A stretch of DNA of 64,000 nt from Ptychomitrium polyphyllum (taxonomy: Eukaryota), in assembly GCA_973851085.1 (NCBI GenBank), contig OZ316775.1:7316001-7380000 (forward strand). The letters run 5' to 3'. Position numbers and translations under genes: made by a program. Of this stretch, positions 40,201 through 54,500 are shown one piece after another. The notes under the pieces were generated by a model. The model worked only from the letters and a program-made list of their open reading frames with translations. It did no database searches and had not been told where the DNA came from. Position 1 is the first letter of the stretch. The number at the start of each line of letters is the position of its first letter.

Positions 40201-43200
40201 TAATTACACACACATTAATACATATCACTTGAGTAGAGATGTTACTCTCCGAAATAAGATTTTTATGTAAGAAAGTTTGTACAGATGTCTCTCGAAACCC
40301 AAGCTCGGGAAGGGCGACTCAACTTTCCTACAAGCGCCTAAAGATGACATGAGGTTTGGTGAGCTAAGTACCGGATTGAGGTTTGCTGGTGCAGGTGGAA
40401 GGGCAACGGGCAAAGTTGTCGGAGGACGGGGTCCTGAAGGCACCATCAAAAGAGGAATAGGTAAGTCAAACTTGTACTGTACTTTGTGTCGTCTGAAGTC
40501 TTTGATAGAATCCTCACACCGTCGAGGATTAAAGAGGCTCAAAGGGATTATATTACACACTCGCTATCACTAACTTGTAAATCTGACATCCTGTGATGGA
40601 GGGCCCCCTTTTAACAGATGGGAGAATATCAGTCGATGACAATCTGTCTATATCTGTGTAGAAACTATCAGTTGTTAATCTACGGGAGTTCTGAAAGAGA
40701 AGGCCTTTTCATCTGTCAAAACTTTGTATTCAGGAAAAACCAGTCATAACTACGTGTTGCCCATGACCGCATTTTATTACACAACGAGGTTGGAAAATTT
40801 ACAGCCGGTTTTTGTTCTGTACCATCAACTCCAAGCGGCCACGCTGGTGCCTGAGTTGCAAAGTCAAGTGAACCTAAGATGGAGTCGTCCACCTTCAACA
40901 CAGAAAGAGACATTCCTGTACACCAAATACAGCATAATTTCTTAGAAATACTTTCTTGATTTCATACTAGAAACACATTTAACAGAGTGAAGAAAGTTTA
41001 AGACTTAAATTGGATACGTCAATACGAATCGTGGACATACGCAAAAAAAAAAAAAACACAACTAGACGAACCTCAGAAAACATATCAAACATACACAATA
41101 AAGCACAGCTGTTTTACCAGTGCCATGCAACCCATACTCGGAAACTGATAATTGAGGTCCTCCATTTCCCAGATAACAGCTTCATAACGAAATTCTAAGA
41201 TCCAATAACTTGATACAACTGTGACAACCCAATTACCTGCCATGTCAAGAGATGTCATGAAGGACCCCGTATAAACACGCTCCACTGCCAAACCATGCTC
41301 TATTTGCAGCTGTGCTACAGCTTTCCCCGCAGCAATCATTAACTCCATCATCGGTGTTGCTCCAAGGCTACAAATCACAGTTGCGCTTATAATTCGGTTA
41401 ATCGGCGACATCCAGCAAAGTAGAAAAACGATTGTGCTCAAAAATAATCTGACGACAACCTCAAATCAAGAGAAGAAGCCCACTCTTTGTAGAAATCAAC
41501 AATCGCATAAAAGATGCACAAAAGGCCCAAAAGAAATCAACAACCAAAATAAACGTAGTTCCTCGAGCAGTACAAGTACCTATTCACCATGAGCACAACT
41601 CGACTGCCTGGTTTGATAGGCACATAGCGTGTCTCCTGCAAAAAATGGATGACTCAGTAAATGAGTAATAAATTGTAGCAGATAATTGTTATCACTGGCA
41701 ACTTCACTGGACTTAGGATCATTAGGTCCGAAAGACTTAAGCCTTGAAAACATTAAAACCTGCAATAAAGGACCCAACGTAGCATTTTAACAACTGCTCC
41801 TACTTCTCAATGGCAAATCCTTCAATATTGATAAAAAGAACTTAAAACGAGAAGCCAACGTTTAGGAATCAAACGTCTCCGCAGATTCTATTTACGTGAG
41901 TACCACGGCATCAGGCCCACGTCTAAGTAGGAAGATAGAGGCATACTTGGGATAAGATTTGCTTCAGGATATGAGCTACAACAACGTCAACGGGCTGCAA
42001 ATCAGCTACCATAGCTCCTGGTTCACCATGCTGTAAACACAAAAATGATCTCCAAAAGAATTAGTTTCCGTAACTGACCCCAAACCCATGAAGCATGATT
42101 TACATATGGATATCACTACGACAGCGACTCATTTTGATAAATTTGCTAGACATCGATTGCAATGAACATAACACACAAAATAAATACTTACAATGCCTAA
42201 ACCCAGCTCCATCTTTCCAGGTCCCAGTCGATCAGAAGGATTCTGCCCGGGCACTGTGCACACGGTCAAAGCAACCCCCATTGTACCTACCATCCCTGCA
42301 ACTCGCCGTGCTATTTCAGCAACTTCATGAAGAGGACGCCCTGTAGCTGCTGCTGCGCCTGCGACCTAGCAAAAATAATCCACAAACAATCGGATTATTT
42401 CAGACGTTGAATGCTGTAGTGATTTCCAAGTCACCCTCAAGACAACCCCTCCCAATCAGTGTATTGATACGATCCTCAAACAAGGGTTCATAACAGAACA
42501 GGTGAGCAATGATAAGAAGGGGAAAGGAATCTGATCTTTCACAAAGTCCGATAAAAGCAGTGCTTTTACCTTGTGAACAAATAATGTTCCAGCTAATCCT
42601 CGTCGACCAACTGGACCTCGAGGTGGAGGAGGAAGTGCACAATCGTCGCCCACAATCACCATCTGTGTCGGATCAACAAAGAACGAATAACGGTACTATT
42701 TTATCACTGCTGAAAATTTTATTCAGATAGCATCTAATCTGCCAATCAGTAGCACATGATTGAACGGACAATTGCCAGGAGATCATAAAATTTTAAGCCT
42801 TTTGAAATTATACCTCAACTTTGAATCCCTCCGCCTTTGCTTGTTCAGTAGCAGACCCAAAATTTAAGCGGTCTCCTGTGTAATTCTGGCACCCCAATAA
42901 CACATGTTCCGCTTAGCATTTCAGAACTGGTCGTACACTGGACATCGATAAAAACATGTACTTCGATAATCAGGCTTATAGATTCGAGTGCGAAGATCAT
43001 CCCTATAGAACTCTGTGATACCAATAGTATTCAATTGCTTTTCTTCACAGTCCAGCAGCACTGGAAACATTCACAGGGGTCTCATAAGTGACAGTCATAC
43101 TTTTAGGCCCATCATCAATCGACATGAGAAGAACGCAATATGACCCTAATACCTCATAACAGACACCAATGCACTATCTCATTGTGGCAATAAGTGAACT

Positions 43201-46200
43201 GGCACCTTCACAATCAGGAGACAACCGGGAGGTCCAGTAACCGCACGGATTCCCTGAAATATGATGCAAATAATTAATGGAGCATAAGGTTGAATTGGAA
43301 CTACAAAAGTATCAAAGAACACCCCACAGTTACAATAGAATTATTTGCTTAAGTGAACGATACAGAATCCAATTTCATTCACAGTTTACTGAATCGTGAT
43401 AGAGTACTTCTCCAATTATCTTGCAAAGTATTTCAGTTGTTAAATATTCTCAGGTACTTCGAAAACATAGTAACACACTCCCAACTAGCTAAGCACAGGC
43501 AGAAGAGTACACTAAACTGAAAAAGGTGAGATGTCGTGAACGAAGAGTTGTAGACTTCACAAGTCAACAAACTCAAAACCGTAAGCTCACCAAGTTTATC
43601 ACGAACAGGAGAATGAAAACTGTGTGACTTACAGCTAAGATCGCATTGACTGATGGGGAGGAGAACACATCCCCACAAATAGCAGCTGTAAGCATACCCT
43701 CACCAACGTATCCTGCATGAGCAGGCTCATGACCACTTCCACCACCTGTACATTAACTGGCCAGAGTTGGCAAAAAGAAACTGGAATATAAACTCTGATA
43801 AGATTTAGTAAGTCTATGTACTAAAAGTCCTCAACATTGATACAACTGCTTATCTACCTTTGATTCAGGAACATCAAACAGATAATGATGTACTTAGCAG
43901 AACTCAAATTCATCTCAAGCTCAACAAGAACAAAGCTTGCCCAAGCAGAAAGTTTTCCTTGTATTTAAATGTATTTAGCGATGCTTCAACAAATCATCTA
44001 TCTCAGAAAATCTCGTTTTGCAGTGGAAAACCTCCGAGTATTTAGTTACTAGTGCCTAAAGCAGACCAGACTTGAATGCGTAATTCACCTGATATAAGTG
44101 CAACTTTCCTGTAGCTGCCTCGTTTAATATCTGAACGCAACACCACTTTAACCTATAAAGCAGCAGATAGGCGTGAGTCAACAAGACATAATATAACAAT
44201 GATTACACTACCCGTGAACCGAAGCGCTATAGTGCAAGCCACGACTAGATAACGGACTCTTCCCAAAACTCCGGCAGTTGGATCATAAACTCTAAGAAAC
44301 CATTCTTTAGTAATGCTGGAGAAAGTGCAACCATCATTGTATGGACACTTCCGTATAATTGTCATTACCTCAGGAAAGCCATCAAGATACGTGAGGTGAG
44401 GATATGTCTCCACCATTCCCTCTATTAATTCTTTTACAACATCTGTGCAATCCAAACAAAACAAAACATCAGTATGTTTAACAATGAAGATACATGCTGT
44501 GTATATTACCCAAGGAACCTGCCGCACCCAATCACAGTTGCCACGTGACAATGTAGTGCAGAATATGGAAAATCTTCAGACAAGGAGTTTCGTCTTAATG
44601 AAACATAATACCTAAGCGCATGAAAAGCCTGCCGGTAATCAAACATCAACTTTGATCAAATATAAATTAACTAATCGTGATGCTTCAAAAATTCTAATCC
44701 TCGCTACCAGCATTGCACGATTCTCTACCAAAACCACATAATTACAAGGCTTCCGATCAAGATTGTACCAGTGTTCGAGGTTCAGTATACATTCCGCAAA
44801 CTGAAAGTACTAAGGTGAGGGTAGGACATTTAGCGTTATGCAATAACCGTGTTGATAAGACAGTGAGATAGAGAGCCCTTTGGCTGCATAAATGCTTGAA
44901 ACTCCATGAAATAATAGCTATTACTACGAAATGCAGGCTATCGATTCCCTCGTCTAAATCAACTGAGGGGTTCGGATGGGTGATCAGAAACTGCCCAACT
45001 ACGTACATTCACCGCTCGATCGATACTCCTCAAGGTATGTATTCTCCTTATTGCAATGTCGAGGGATTGCAAAAAGAATACCTAAACAATAGACTTAAAC
45101 AGTGACCTCGACCTACTGTGTTAACAAAGCTTGAGTTTAATGGATTTCTGACTAGGACACTGTGCTCAATTCTGCACTTCTGCAACCCATATGTAAGCAG
45201 CTATCCGAAGACTTTAGGATTGTCATTCTAATATCTGCTTAGCACCCTAAGAGATTAAGAACTTCGCAACTACAACCATCCACCTTCAAGGAATACAAGG
45301 GTTCATGAGTGACTTTGATTCCTGCAAGCGCCTAGTTTTAATAATAGCACATTTAGATGCTGTAGACTGCAAGTTCGTCTCTTAAAATGCCCTACCTAAC
45401 TTGCACAATGGTTCGATGCTTCACATTTCTCACGAAACCACAGTCCACGATCCTGGTCCTCAACGGAAATATAAATGTAGGTCTCGAAAGGATGTCAAGT
45501 AGGTAGAGATTCAGCATGATAGCTCAAAGCGAGAACATAGCTTTTCTGAGAAAATTTAACGAGGGTGGCGACGCTTGCAGGAGAATAAGTAATAAAGATG
45601 ATAGATGCTACGAGCAGTTCCCAGAGCAGTTGAGAAGCGCTAGGAAAGTCAAATAGCCGCGCGGGTTAATAGTAGGAGAGGCAATTCAACTATCACGAAA
45701 TTTGGTACTCTGCAGCTAACATTGGATGGTGAGAGAAGTCCTGGTCCTGGAAAGGGGATTTTCTGTATCTGTTGCGTAGTAGCGTCAAACATGCACGCAA
45801 AGGGCTGCACGGGCTACGCTAATAACGTGAGACAACACAAAACACGCTATTCGTGAGGAAATGTCTCAAAGCAGCAAGAGCAACGCTAACAATACGAGAA
45901 AGATCAAACCACGCCGATCGATAAAGAAAGTACTTTCAATAAACAGTTAATATACAGTAAACCCTTCTCCTCTATTAAAAAAGGTATCCTGTAACAAGCA
46001 CAGACGGATGGCCGCGCCCTGAGCTTCCATCTAAGTTCTGGATTGCCACACCCCTGTTTGGGCGCCCACAAAGCGTCCCAATCACTCTATCAAGGAAAGC
46101 GAAACAGCTACAAGAAGCGCCGTTAGATGGAAAAGAAAGCATTGGTCGTAGAAAAGCTGTCATTCCACAGTAAGACAACACTCGGTATCACAACCCGATG

Positions 46201-46460
46201 AGAGGAAAACACCTAGCAGCAGAACAGGAAACTCGAAGAAGGATCAAAAAAATAACAGTTCGGAGAAAACAGTAACGTCGCCACGTCCAAATGCGCAATC
46301 CTCGCAATGATGACCAGTGAAAAACTCAGAGTTCAAAAGTGCTCATTCACAGTCGGTCCAGAGCAGGATCAACCAGGCAAGGCAATCAATCGACAGCAAG
46401 CCTCGATCCTCAGTTCTTCTTACCATTGGGATCATTGATAAGCTTCTTCGCTTTCGCCAT
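37272..46460 (-). CDS. DAK: Dihydroxyacetone kinase / triokinase (Dak1-Dak2 fusion, TKFC-like); 20 exons, 589 aa
   Basis: Exons (minus strand): 46460-46424, 44442-44369, 44152-44089, 43745-43633, 43253-43206, 42885-42814, 42662-42570, 42365-42192, 42030-41947, 41635-41580, 41367-41237, 40915-40823, 40433-40372, 39602-39459, 39122-39079, 38770-38687, 38490-38420, 38152-38040, 37895-37800, 37388-37272 (1770 nt). Motifs [85 protein letters not shown]. First intron is ~2 kb. Confidence 0.96.
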
Positions 46461-47454
46461 TGCTTACGGCGCTCTCAACAAAACGCAAAACGATCGCTCC
46501 TCCACGCTTCTTAAATTTAACACCACTACACACACTTTACACTTCAATTACACAGGAAAAATTTGAAGGCGTCGCCACTCAATAACAGAGAGACAGAAAC
46601 TGCCTCCCTCCAGAATCTCAAGAACCGTAATGACGTCTCCAACGCCACTCGCCCGCGAATGTGTGTGGACACCCAACCAAATTGCACCAGTTCCACTCTC
46701 CCTACAGCTCGTCCTCTCAATTAAAAAACCAAAACTAACAACTACCTCCTCTCCTCCCAATCGCAGATTCCCGCAAGCCTCCAACTCCTGCAAAACGATC
46801 GCGACGCGCCTTAGAATCTCAATGCCATAGAAACGCTCTCCATCATTCCAAACAACGCAACAAACAACAAACTCATACACAAGCTACTACTCCTCATACA
46901 CAAGCTACTTCTCCAACAACACCAACAACACCTCCACCTCCTCTCTCCGCTTCCGCTCTCCAATCAATCCAACTCGCTCCCTCGACCTCCTCTCACAGCC
47001 ACAAACATCAAAGCCTATCGTTCCGTCTCATCGCATCGCAACGGATCGCATCGCATCGCATCACCTCCCCTTCACCACAACATTCCACAGCACTCCAATT
47101 CCAGCTCTAATACCGCAAAAGCCTCACTCCAAACTCCCGCTCACGATACGAAACCGCACCGAGACGCTCCAAACCCCAGCGCTACCAAACAACGAACCAA
47201 CCTCGCTCAAACAAGCTAACCTGGCTTCCAAGCTACTGGCAAGCTCCAAGGCAGGCGTCCTAGTACCAGAGTCCTACCAAGTCCCACTGGAAACGAAATC
47301 AGGAATAAAGGTCAGCAAATTTGCATGAGCTCCGGAAGGCTGCACAAGAGAGAGCACCTGCGCTTCCAGCGACAAGGATCGGAGCCAGGCTGCAGTGCAG
47401 TGAGTCCGGCGATGGTGTGCGTCGTTTTGTAGAGATGGCAGCGCTCTCGCCATG

Positions 47455-48005
47455 GAGCCCTCTTTACTTTCTCTCTCTATCTCGTCCCTTCTCTCTACAC
47501 TCCCGTCTCTTTACTTTCGGCTCTCTCTCTACACTACCTCTCTCTTCCCCCTCCGGACCGGGCCTGGTTCTGTTTCAGGATCTGTACCGAAAACCGCCAC
47601 TGTACCCAAAAAGACGGCTAATAATCTACCGCATCCGCACATCACATTCAAAATCATCTACAAAGGGACGCAGATCATGTCAAATACGAACAGTGATGAA
47701 CCGTAACTATATTTGGAACCGATAATAACTACCGTATTCGTAGATTACCGTTTGAGAATAGTGTGTTTTCTGTAGATAATCTGTGAGTACAGCGACGTGT
47801 TTTGGGTATTAATCTCACTGATGGTGGGGTGACACGCATTCCGGTGGTCGGGCTGCCCGCACCCGGGGTCGGAGTGGGGCCACGGGCATTGGTGTGTGAC
47901 TGATGGTGGTGTGTGACTGATGGTGATGTGTTCCCAACGCATGGGACGTGGTTTTTCTTTCTTCGGGCGTTCCCAGTGGGTTGCGTGTTTTCGTGGGGAC
48001 CTGGA
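47455..48005 (-). promoter_or_regulatory. Probable DAK upstream promoter region (GA/CT-rich tract, TCP-like site)
   Basis: CT/GA-rich tract at ~47460-47550, GTGGGGCC (GTGGGNCC-type TCP site) at 47874-47881, CpG-rich up to a sharp boundary at ~48100; lies 1-1.5 kb upstream of the DAK ATG. Confidence 0.4.
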
Positions 48006-48769
48006 TTCTCAGGAATGAGTAATTTAGAAAATCATTGGAAGCTCTGGAGGGTCGCTAAAATTAGGAGAGAGGTGGATTGTGATCAGTACACTTAGCTTTC
48101 TGTGACTGTGACATCATATTAACATCATTTTGAGGATTTATTTACCATGTTAGTGTGATATTAAATTGATGTTGATATGATGTTAATTGAGAGTTCAATT
48201 TATGGTACTTGTTAATGAGATTGATTTTTAGTTATCATTGAATTAATGTTTTTGTTAATATTACATCTTCATCAAACCTTCTAAAACAATAAAAGGTGTA
48301 ATATGGATATGATATTAATATAGTATGAATATGGTGTTAACATAACGTTAATTTAACTGGATTTATAACTAACATTCTTAAAACAACAATAATTATTTAC
48401 TAACAAAATAGATATTGTAGTTTCTATGTTCTTTTGGAAATATTTATCAAATAACAACTTTTAGTACTTTTTAATTCTTTTAAAAATTTATTAAAATTAA
48501 AAACATTTTTTTCATATCATTTTTTTAATTTTAAAAAATAAATTTCAAAACATTAAACATTGTGATAATATTGTTTTATTTACTTATGTAGCCAATATAA
48601 ACACTAGGTATTTTGAAATTTATTAAAAGAACTTTGATTTCCAAAAGAAAGCCAGCTTGAATAAAGTGTTGTTGGTTTTAATTTTAAATTTATACATATC
48701 ATCCTTTCATTACAAATTAATATTGAAGAAATTTAAATTTGTTCATTAAACATTTTTGAGGATTGAACT

Positions 48770-49510
48770 TATTAATTAAGGAAAGAAAAGGACTTGAAAT
48801 ATGTTGGTTAAATGTAATTAAGGACAAATAATTATGTTTTGACTAATCAATTAAGTTTGAACGAATTAGAATATTTTCATTGAATACACAAAATAATTTA
48901 TATTTCTTAATTGAACACAACAAAGGACTAAATTGAATTGATTGAGTAATATCAAAGGTTGATAGCCACAAGTCTATACTAGCCTATTAAAATTGAAAGA
49001 ATCTAAATTTATATGTTGAAATGAACAAAAAACTTATTATTATTAATTGAATATGAGTAATGGTTAAGATCTATTGATTGATTATGATTGAAGGCCATAA
49101 CTTTATTAAGTGAATGAATCTGAATTTTGCCACTTGTTGTAGAATATGTCAAATATATGAGATTGAATATGATTGAAGACTAAAGCATATTGATTGATCA
49201 TGTTAGAAAAGTGGATTTTGTTATTTGAAAATGATTGGGGTTGATAGCTATGCCTTGATTAATAAATCAATATTGAAGAAGCCTAGATCTTGTTAGTAAA
49301 TATATTTAAAATTGACAGCTGAGGCATGTTGATTGATAATAATAGAGGGCAAAGCTGCAATGATTGAATATGGTCAACATATAAGACTTGTTGATTGAAA
49401 ATAAGTATCTGCTGATTGGTAGCTTGGACATGTCTAACTTTCCATTATTGAATGAACTAGGATCTATTCATTGTAAATGATTGGGGTTTATAATCATATA
49501 TTAATTGAAG
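48770..49510. repeat. Degenerate 31-bp minisatellite (core TTGATTGAATATG) with ~283-286-bp higher-order period
   Basis: Core copies at 48876, 48907, 48938; 49043, 49074, 49106, 49137; 49159, 49190, 49221; 49329, 49360, 49391. GGTTGATAGC recurs at 48957 and 49239. Confidence 0.7.
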
Positions 49511-51512
49511 TGATAAACATCTAAAAAAAAATTGACTTGTCATAAAATGCCTAAAAGCACTTGGAAAAAAAATAAAAAATAAAATGTGATTATGCAGTGA
49601 GAGACATAATTGAAATTATTTTAACAATGTGTATTATTAAATACATATTAAACATTGAGGGGACATCTTATGATCATCAATAAAACAAATCAATGGAAAA
49701 ACCAAAAAAATTCTTGGACACAAGTGTAGCACTTATCAATGGTGTATAACTTGGTTAATATGTGGCTTTGATTGAATTAGTTATAAGGGCATTTGAACTT
49801 GGAATTTTTTTAAAAAAGACTTGCACAAAGATTGACTCAAATCTTATAGAAATGATCCTTACATCAAAGGCATTAAGTCATTTAGAAATTACAGTGATGT
49901 GTATTATTGGGCAAAATAGTTGTCTATTCCATGTAACATATAAATACACAGCATTATATAGCATGAAATTATAGATTCCCTAATGGAATCAATAATTTCT
50001 AATACTATTGAACATTGTCATTCCAATATAAATTCCTACAAAACAGTACTTTATAATCATGTTCTTACAGTAATTTGTGTATGAGAGTGTGAGGATTGGT
50101 GTAAATTTCCCACACGGAAGAGCAACACCCACCCAGAAGCAAAGGTGTCGTCAGGATTTCAAACCAGTATACCAGGCCCAAACCGGATTTGCCATGAACT
50201 AATTTAAGATTCCTCATGTTGTGTGCATTTGGTGAACAATCGCCAAAAACCAGGGTATCAGTAAGTCTGTCGTTTGCGAGGGGTGATCATTTTAAAATAA
50301 CCAAATCAAATTGTGTGCAAAGGCTACACCGCGGCTCGTCCGAACTATCTTGGCAATAATCAGATTTCTATTTTAGTGACTCTAGCAATTATCAGATTTC
50401 TGTTTTAGTGACACGATAGAACTGACTGGGATGTAAGCTTTTGTTGAGAGCATTGCCCCAGGCCCACTTTCATGGTTGGCAAAATTTTGTACTTTTGATT
50501 GTATTGCAGAAAAACGATACCACCCATTCCCCTCTAAAAAAACTCCACTGTATTATGAGCTTTCCAAACTTAGCTCCCTAGTCCAAGCTCTAAGTGATTG
50601 ATTTAAGTTAATGAAGAGAAGTGGCCATGTCAATGTAAAACAGGCACAACAAAGCATATCAATGAGGAAGCACATGTGGAACAGACCCCATCACTACTGA
50701 TTTATAATTAACCGCTTGATCTTAATCAGGAGATTGGGTTTGTTTATAATCAAAAACCTGGACTCCGATCTAAAATGGAAGTGGTACTTTCTACCAAATA
50801 AAAAATTATTTAGTAAATCGTGGCCCAAACTTTAAGCATATATCTAATTAAGATGGCATATACCAAATAGAATATGAATATGATGATAAAATCACACCAA
50901 AGTTTATTAAACAAATTTAAACTAATATTAAATTACAAGAGTTTTTTGTTAGTTATAAACTTTTTAAGTCTATTTTAAGATTTTAAAGTTTTGAATTGAA
51001 ATTTTTTATGTCGTTTTAAAATTGTAGCTCCTTTGAGGTTGTAAGAAATAAGACTTCTTAAGTTTCAAAAAATATTATCTACATTTACAATCTAGGATTT
51101 TAGATAGATCTTATCCATAGAAATTAACTTAAAATGAAGTAGGTGTTTTATAAAGTATAAAACTTATTGTAAAATACTACAAATATTATTTTTCGATCAA
51201 AAGCTAGCCCATTATGGATTCCAACTCTTGAGCTATAGATGTATTACAGTCCTATGTAATGATGATTATAATTATGAATATCACTATTATTATTATGATC
51301 ATTATCATCATCTTTATCAATATTATCATTATATTTGTTTTGTTTTATACGTTTTGTTCTTTTTTGTAAATAAATCATATCAATCATTTGTTTTGACCAA
51401 GCAAAGCAATGCATAGTCATTTATAACTAAAGATGAAGTTTTTCTAATATAAAATTTATTTTTGAAATTTTGTGATGCATTAAATTATTCCATATATTAT
51501 TTTTATTAATGG

Positions 51513-51513
<1 letters not shown>

Positions 51514-51584
<71 letters not shown>
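51514..51584. repeat. (TA)n microsatellite with G interruptions
   Basis: Read directly from the sequence. Confidence 0.95.
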
Positions 51585-54500
51585 GTAATTCAATTATTTG
51601 TTGAAATTTGATTCTTGCATTTATTTAATTTCTTTTATAAATAAATTTTTTAATTTTCTTGTATATAAGACTATCTAACTAATCAAGGCCATGTATACAA
51701 ACTAGCTTCAGTTTGTTAAGTTGTCAATAGAATAATCATCATTTGAATATGAATATGATTACATTAAAGAGCCTTTTAAATCCATTATTGTCTTTAGGCC
51801 AAAATATATGCATATCTACCTATCTATCTTGTGTATATATGTGTATTTGAATTAAAATTATTGATGGCTTTACCTTGAAACATTGAAAGTAATCCAAAAT
51901 TTTATTAGCAACATTCAAAATTTAAAGTTATACTTCAAATTTTTCTTGTTAATCAATCCTTCAAATTAAATCTTCTACTCAAATTTCACCATTCAATAAT
52001 ACAACTATCTTATTATAAAAACAGTAACTACTAAAACCTGAAAACAAAACTTCAAAATTTAATATTTTCTAGGCAATAAAGAAGTGACCACTTAAAAATA
52101 ATAGGTTTTATTCAATCATGTTTGTTATCCAATATGTTTCTTTATCTATTTAATCTTTCAAATTTAAATTTTGAAATCATCTTGCCATCAAATTGCACCA
52201 TACATCTATTTTGCTTCCACTGATACACTCGAGCACATAGTCCTTCCTGCAAGGGTAGAGCCAAATGTGTTTCAATAAATTAGTTTTAGCAAATAGTCGG
52301 TTGCTTGTGTGGTTTAATTTTCTACAAGAATTTAAAAGAAAATTCATCTGCAGTAAGGTAATGGACACCTCAGATTCGAAAACTTTTAAAGGATAAGTGA
52401 AGGAGGCTATACCAAATGCACTATTGTAAGAAAGCATAATCTATGGAATTGCCCGTACCACAATTAGTGAAATTTGCTATGTTAGGCTCACAGATCTTGT
52501 TCCTGTGGATCTCTCCTAATTTTGTCTAAACAGAAGTTACTACATCTGGAGCTCAAACTTGGGCTCAAACAGCGGATACCATGCACTTACAGAATACTCT
52601 GTAAATAGCAATTGTGGTGATGTGGAGGCTTAACATTCTTAGCAGTTGGGGTGGGTCAGCTTAAAAGCAACAATATCTATAACTATGGCTATTGGACATA
52701 GTTATTATATTGATATAATGCGTATTCTTTTATGAAATCATATTCCTAAGATCAAAAATATTTCTACACATTTTTAATCGTATTATTTGCATAACATATG
52801 TAAAATTTATGAACATATGAACTTGGAAATCTTGTAAATCTAGCCAAGTGACATGTAGGCTTTTAGAAAAAAATGTGGGTTTACAAATAACTCTATTTGA
52901 AGATTCATGTGTTTTTCCACCCAAATATCTACTTCCATTTATTCACCTCCTTTCTATTTGTAATCAATTTTTTGAATCATGGAGTTTGTGTTTTGCATAA
53001 ACATTTCATATTTTCAAACCTTATCATATTGCAAATTTTTGTTGTACATTTGATTCTGCCTCATAGGAGCTCTGGTAAATTGAATTCACTAAATTATTCA
53101 ACAAACGAGAATTAAAAAATAACCGTGAAATAATAAGGCTGGAGGCTTTTCTTGCACCTTACCAGCTTTCATTAAAGGCAGTATAAAGATAACTGATGTA
53201 AACTCCTAAAGGAATCAGCATGCTTTTGAAACAATGATGCTTGTTGTTGCAGGTTTTTGTTTTCGTTTTTTCTAGCCAATTTTTGAATATATATTTAGAA
53301 ATGGTAAATAGCACGAGATGGGCCAAGATGGAGGCCTTTTGGTACATGGTTCATGGTTAGCTGGTTGCAAATTTTCATTTCAAATTCAACTATTTGGTAA
53401 CATATCTTGTTTGATTTGAGCCAAAATAAGGGAAAAAAAGAAAGGTGAAAATTTCTTAAAAATTTCAAATCTCAAATTTTAAAGAATAAGATGTGTACAA
53501 AGAAGCACATCATTTTCCAAGTTAAGAGAATTTGCATTAGAGCTTATTTTGTTTTTGCAAATGTATTGTATAATTTGGTACAATTGTCAAATGCACAATC
53601 ACAATAACCATTGTTTCTTTAATATATGTTGCTAGTGTACATTATTTTGCAAAAGGAATGCTGTATTTATTCTTTGCAACAAGTACACTTTGAATCTTGA
53701 AGGATCATCTTTTATTTTATTTCAATGAAAAAAATTTGGTGGCATTTTTTCTACCACATTCATAAACAATTGTTGAAATGGAGGTTGAGACAATATCCTA
53801 CAAATGCACTAATGTAATATCCTTTAACTTTTAACAAGTCCATTTTTTTTATAGACCTTTTTTTTAATGCATTGTGGTTGTTAAAAAACTAGTGGTAGAT
53901 GCAACACTTGATTAAAGAATATGAAAGAAGACATATTTCTAAATGGTTTGAATTCCTTGATTACAAAAAATATCATCTTATAATATATGACCCTGTCAAC
54001 AGCCTCTACAAAAAATCAACAAGATTGCACAAAGGTTGTATACCTTAATTTTTTTAATGAGAAAATATCTTGTGAATGGAAAATTAATTGGAGTTACAAA
54101 ATTGAGTATGATTTTTATTGGAAAAAATATTAACCGCTTATAAACCAAAAATATAATATACATGACCCTTCATCATTATTTGATCTTCAATCAAAATTCC
54201 ATTTATCTATTGATATCTTTAATATGTTTGGTTTCATTACTTCCAACATTGTACTAATCTTATACTAATATTGCTCATTTCTTAAATATATAGTCCTTTA
54301 TTACTAGGATTCTCAAGGGATTGATAACACAACCAAATAAACTAATTAAATTTATACAAACACACTAAGTTGATCACAATAAACACTCTACGTTCCCGTA
54401 TTCACATAGTATTACTGCAGATTGCTGGATGTACATTTATTCACCAAAAAGAATGGGGTGATGTTTGTAACTTTGTACTAAGAAAGTCTATTAAGTTGTC

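Noticed and set aside
22915..46460. DEG10-IFT122-DAK as a functional gene cluster
   Set aside because: Unrelated pathways (organelle proteolysis, ciliary transport, triose metabolism); adjacency alone is not evidence.
47321..47725. 134-aa plus-strand ORF, and other ORFs antisense to or inside the three genes (e.g. 22824-23246, 33732-34223)
   Set aside because: Low-complexity promoter sequence or antisense shadows of real exons; no protein features.
48770..49510. Conserved core plus variable spacer pattern suggesting a CRISPR array or FNIP-repeat coding sequence
   Set aside because: Eukaryotic context, degenerate cores, spacers related to each other, no cas genes, and a 31-bp period is not a multiple of three.
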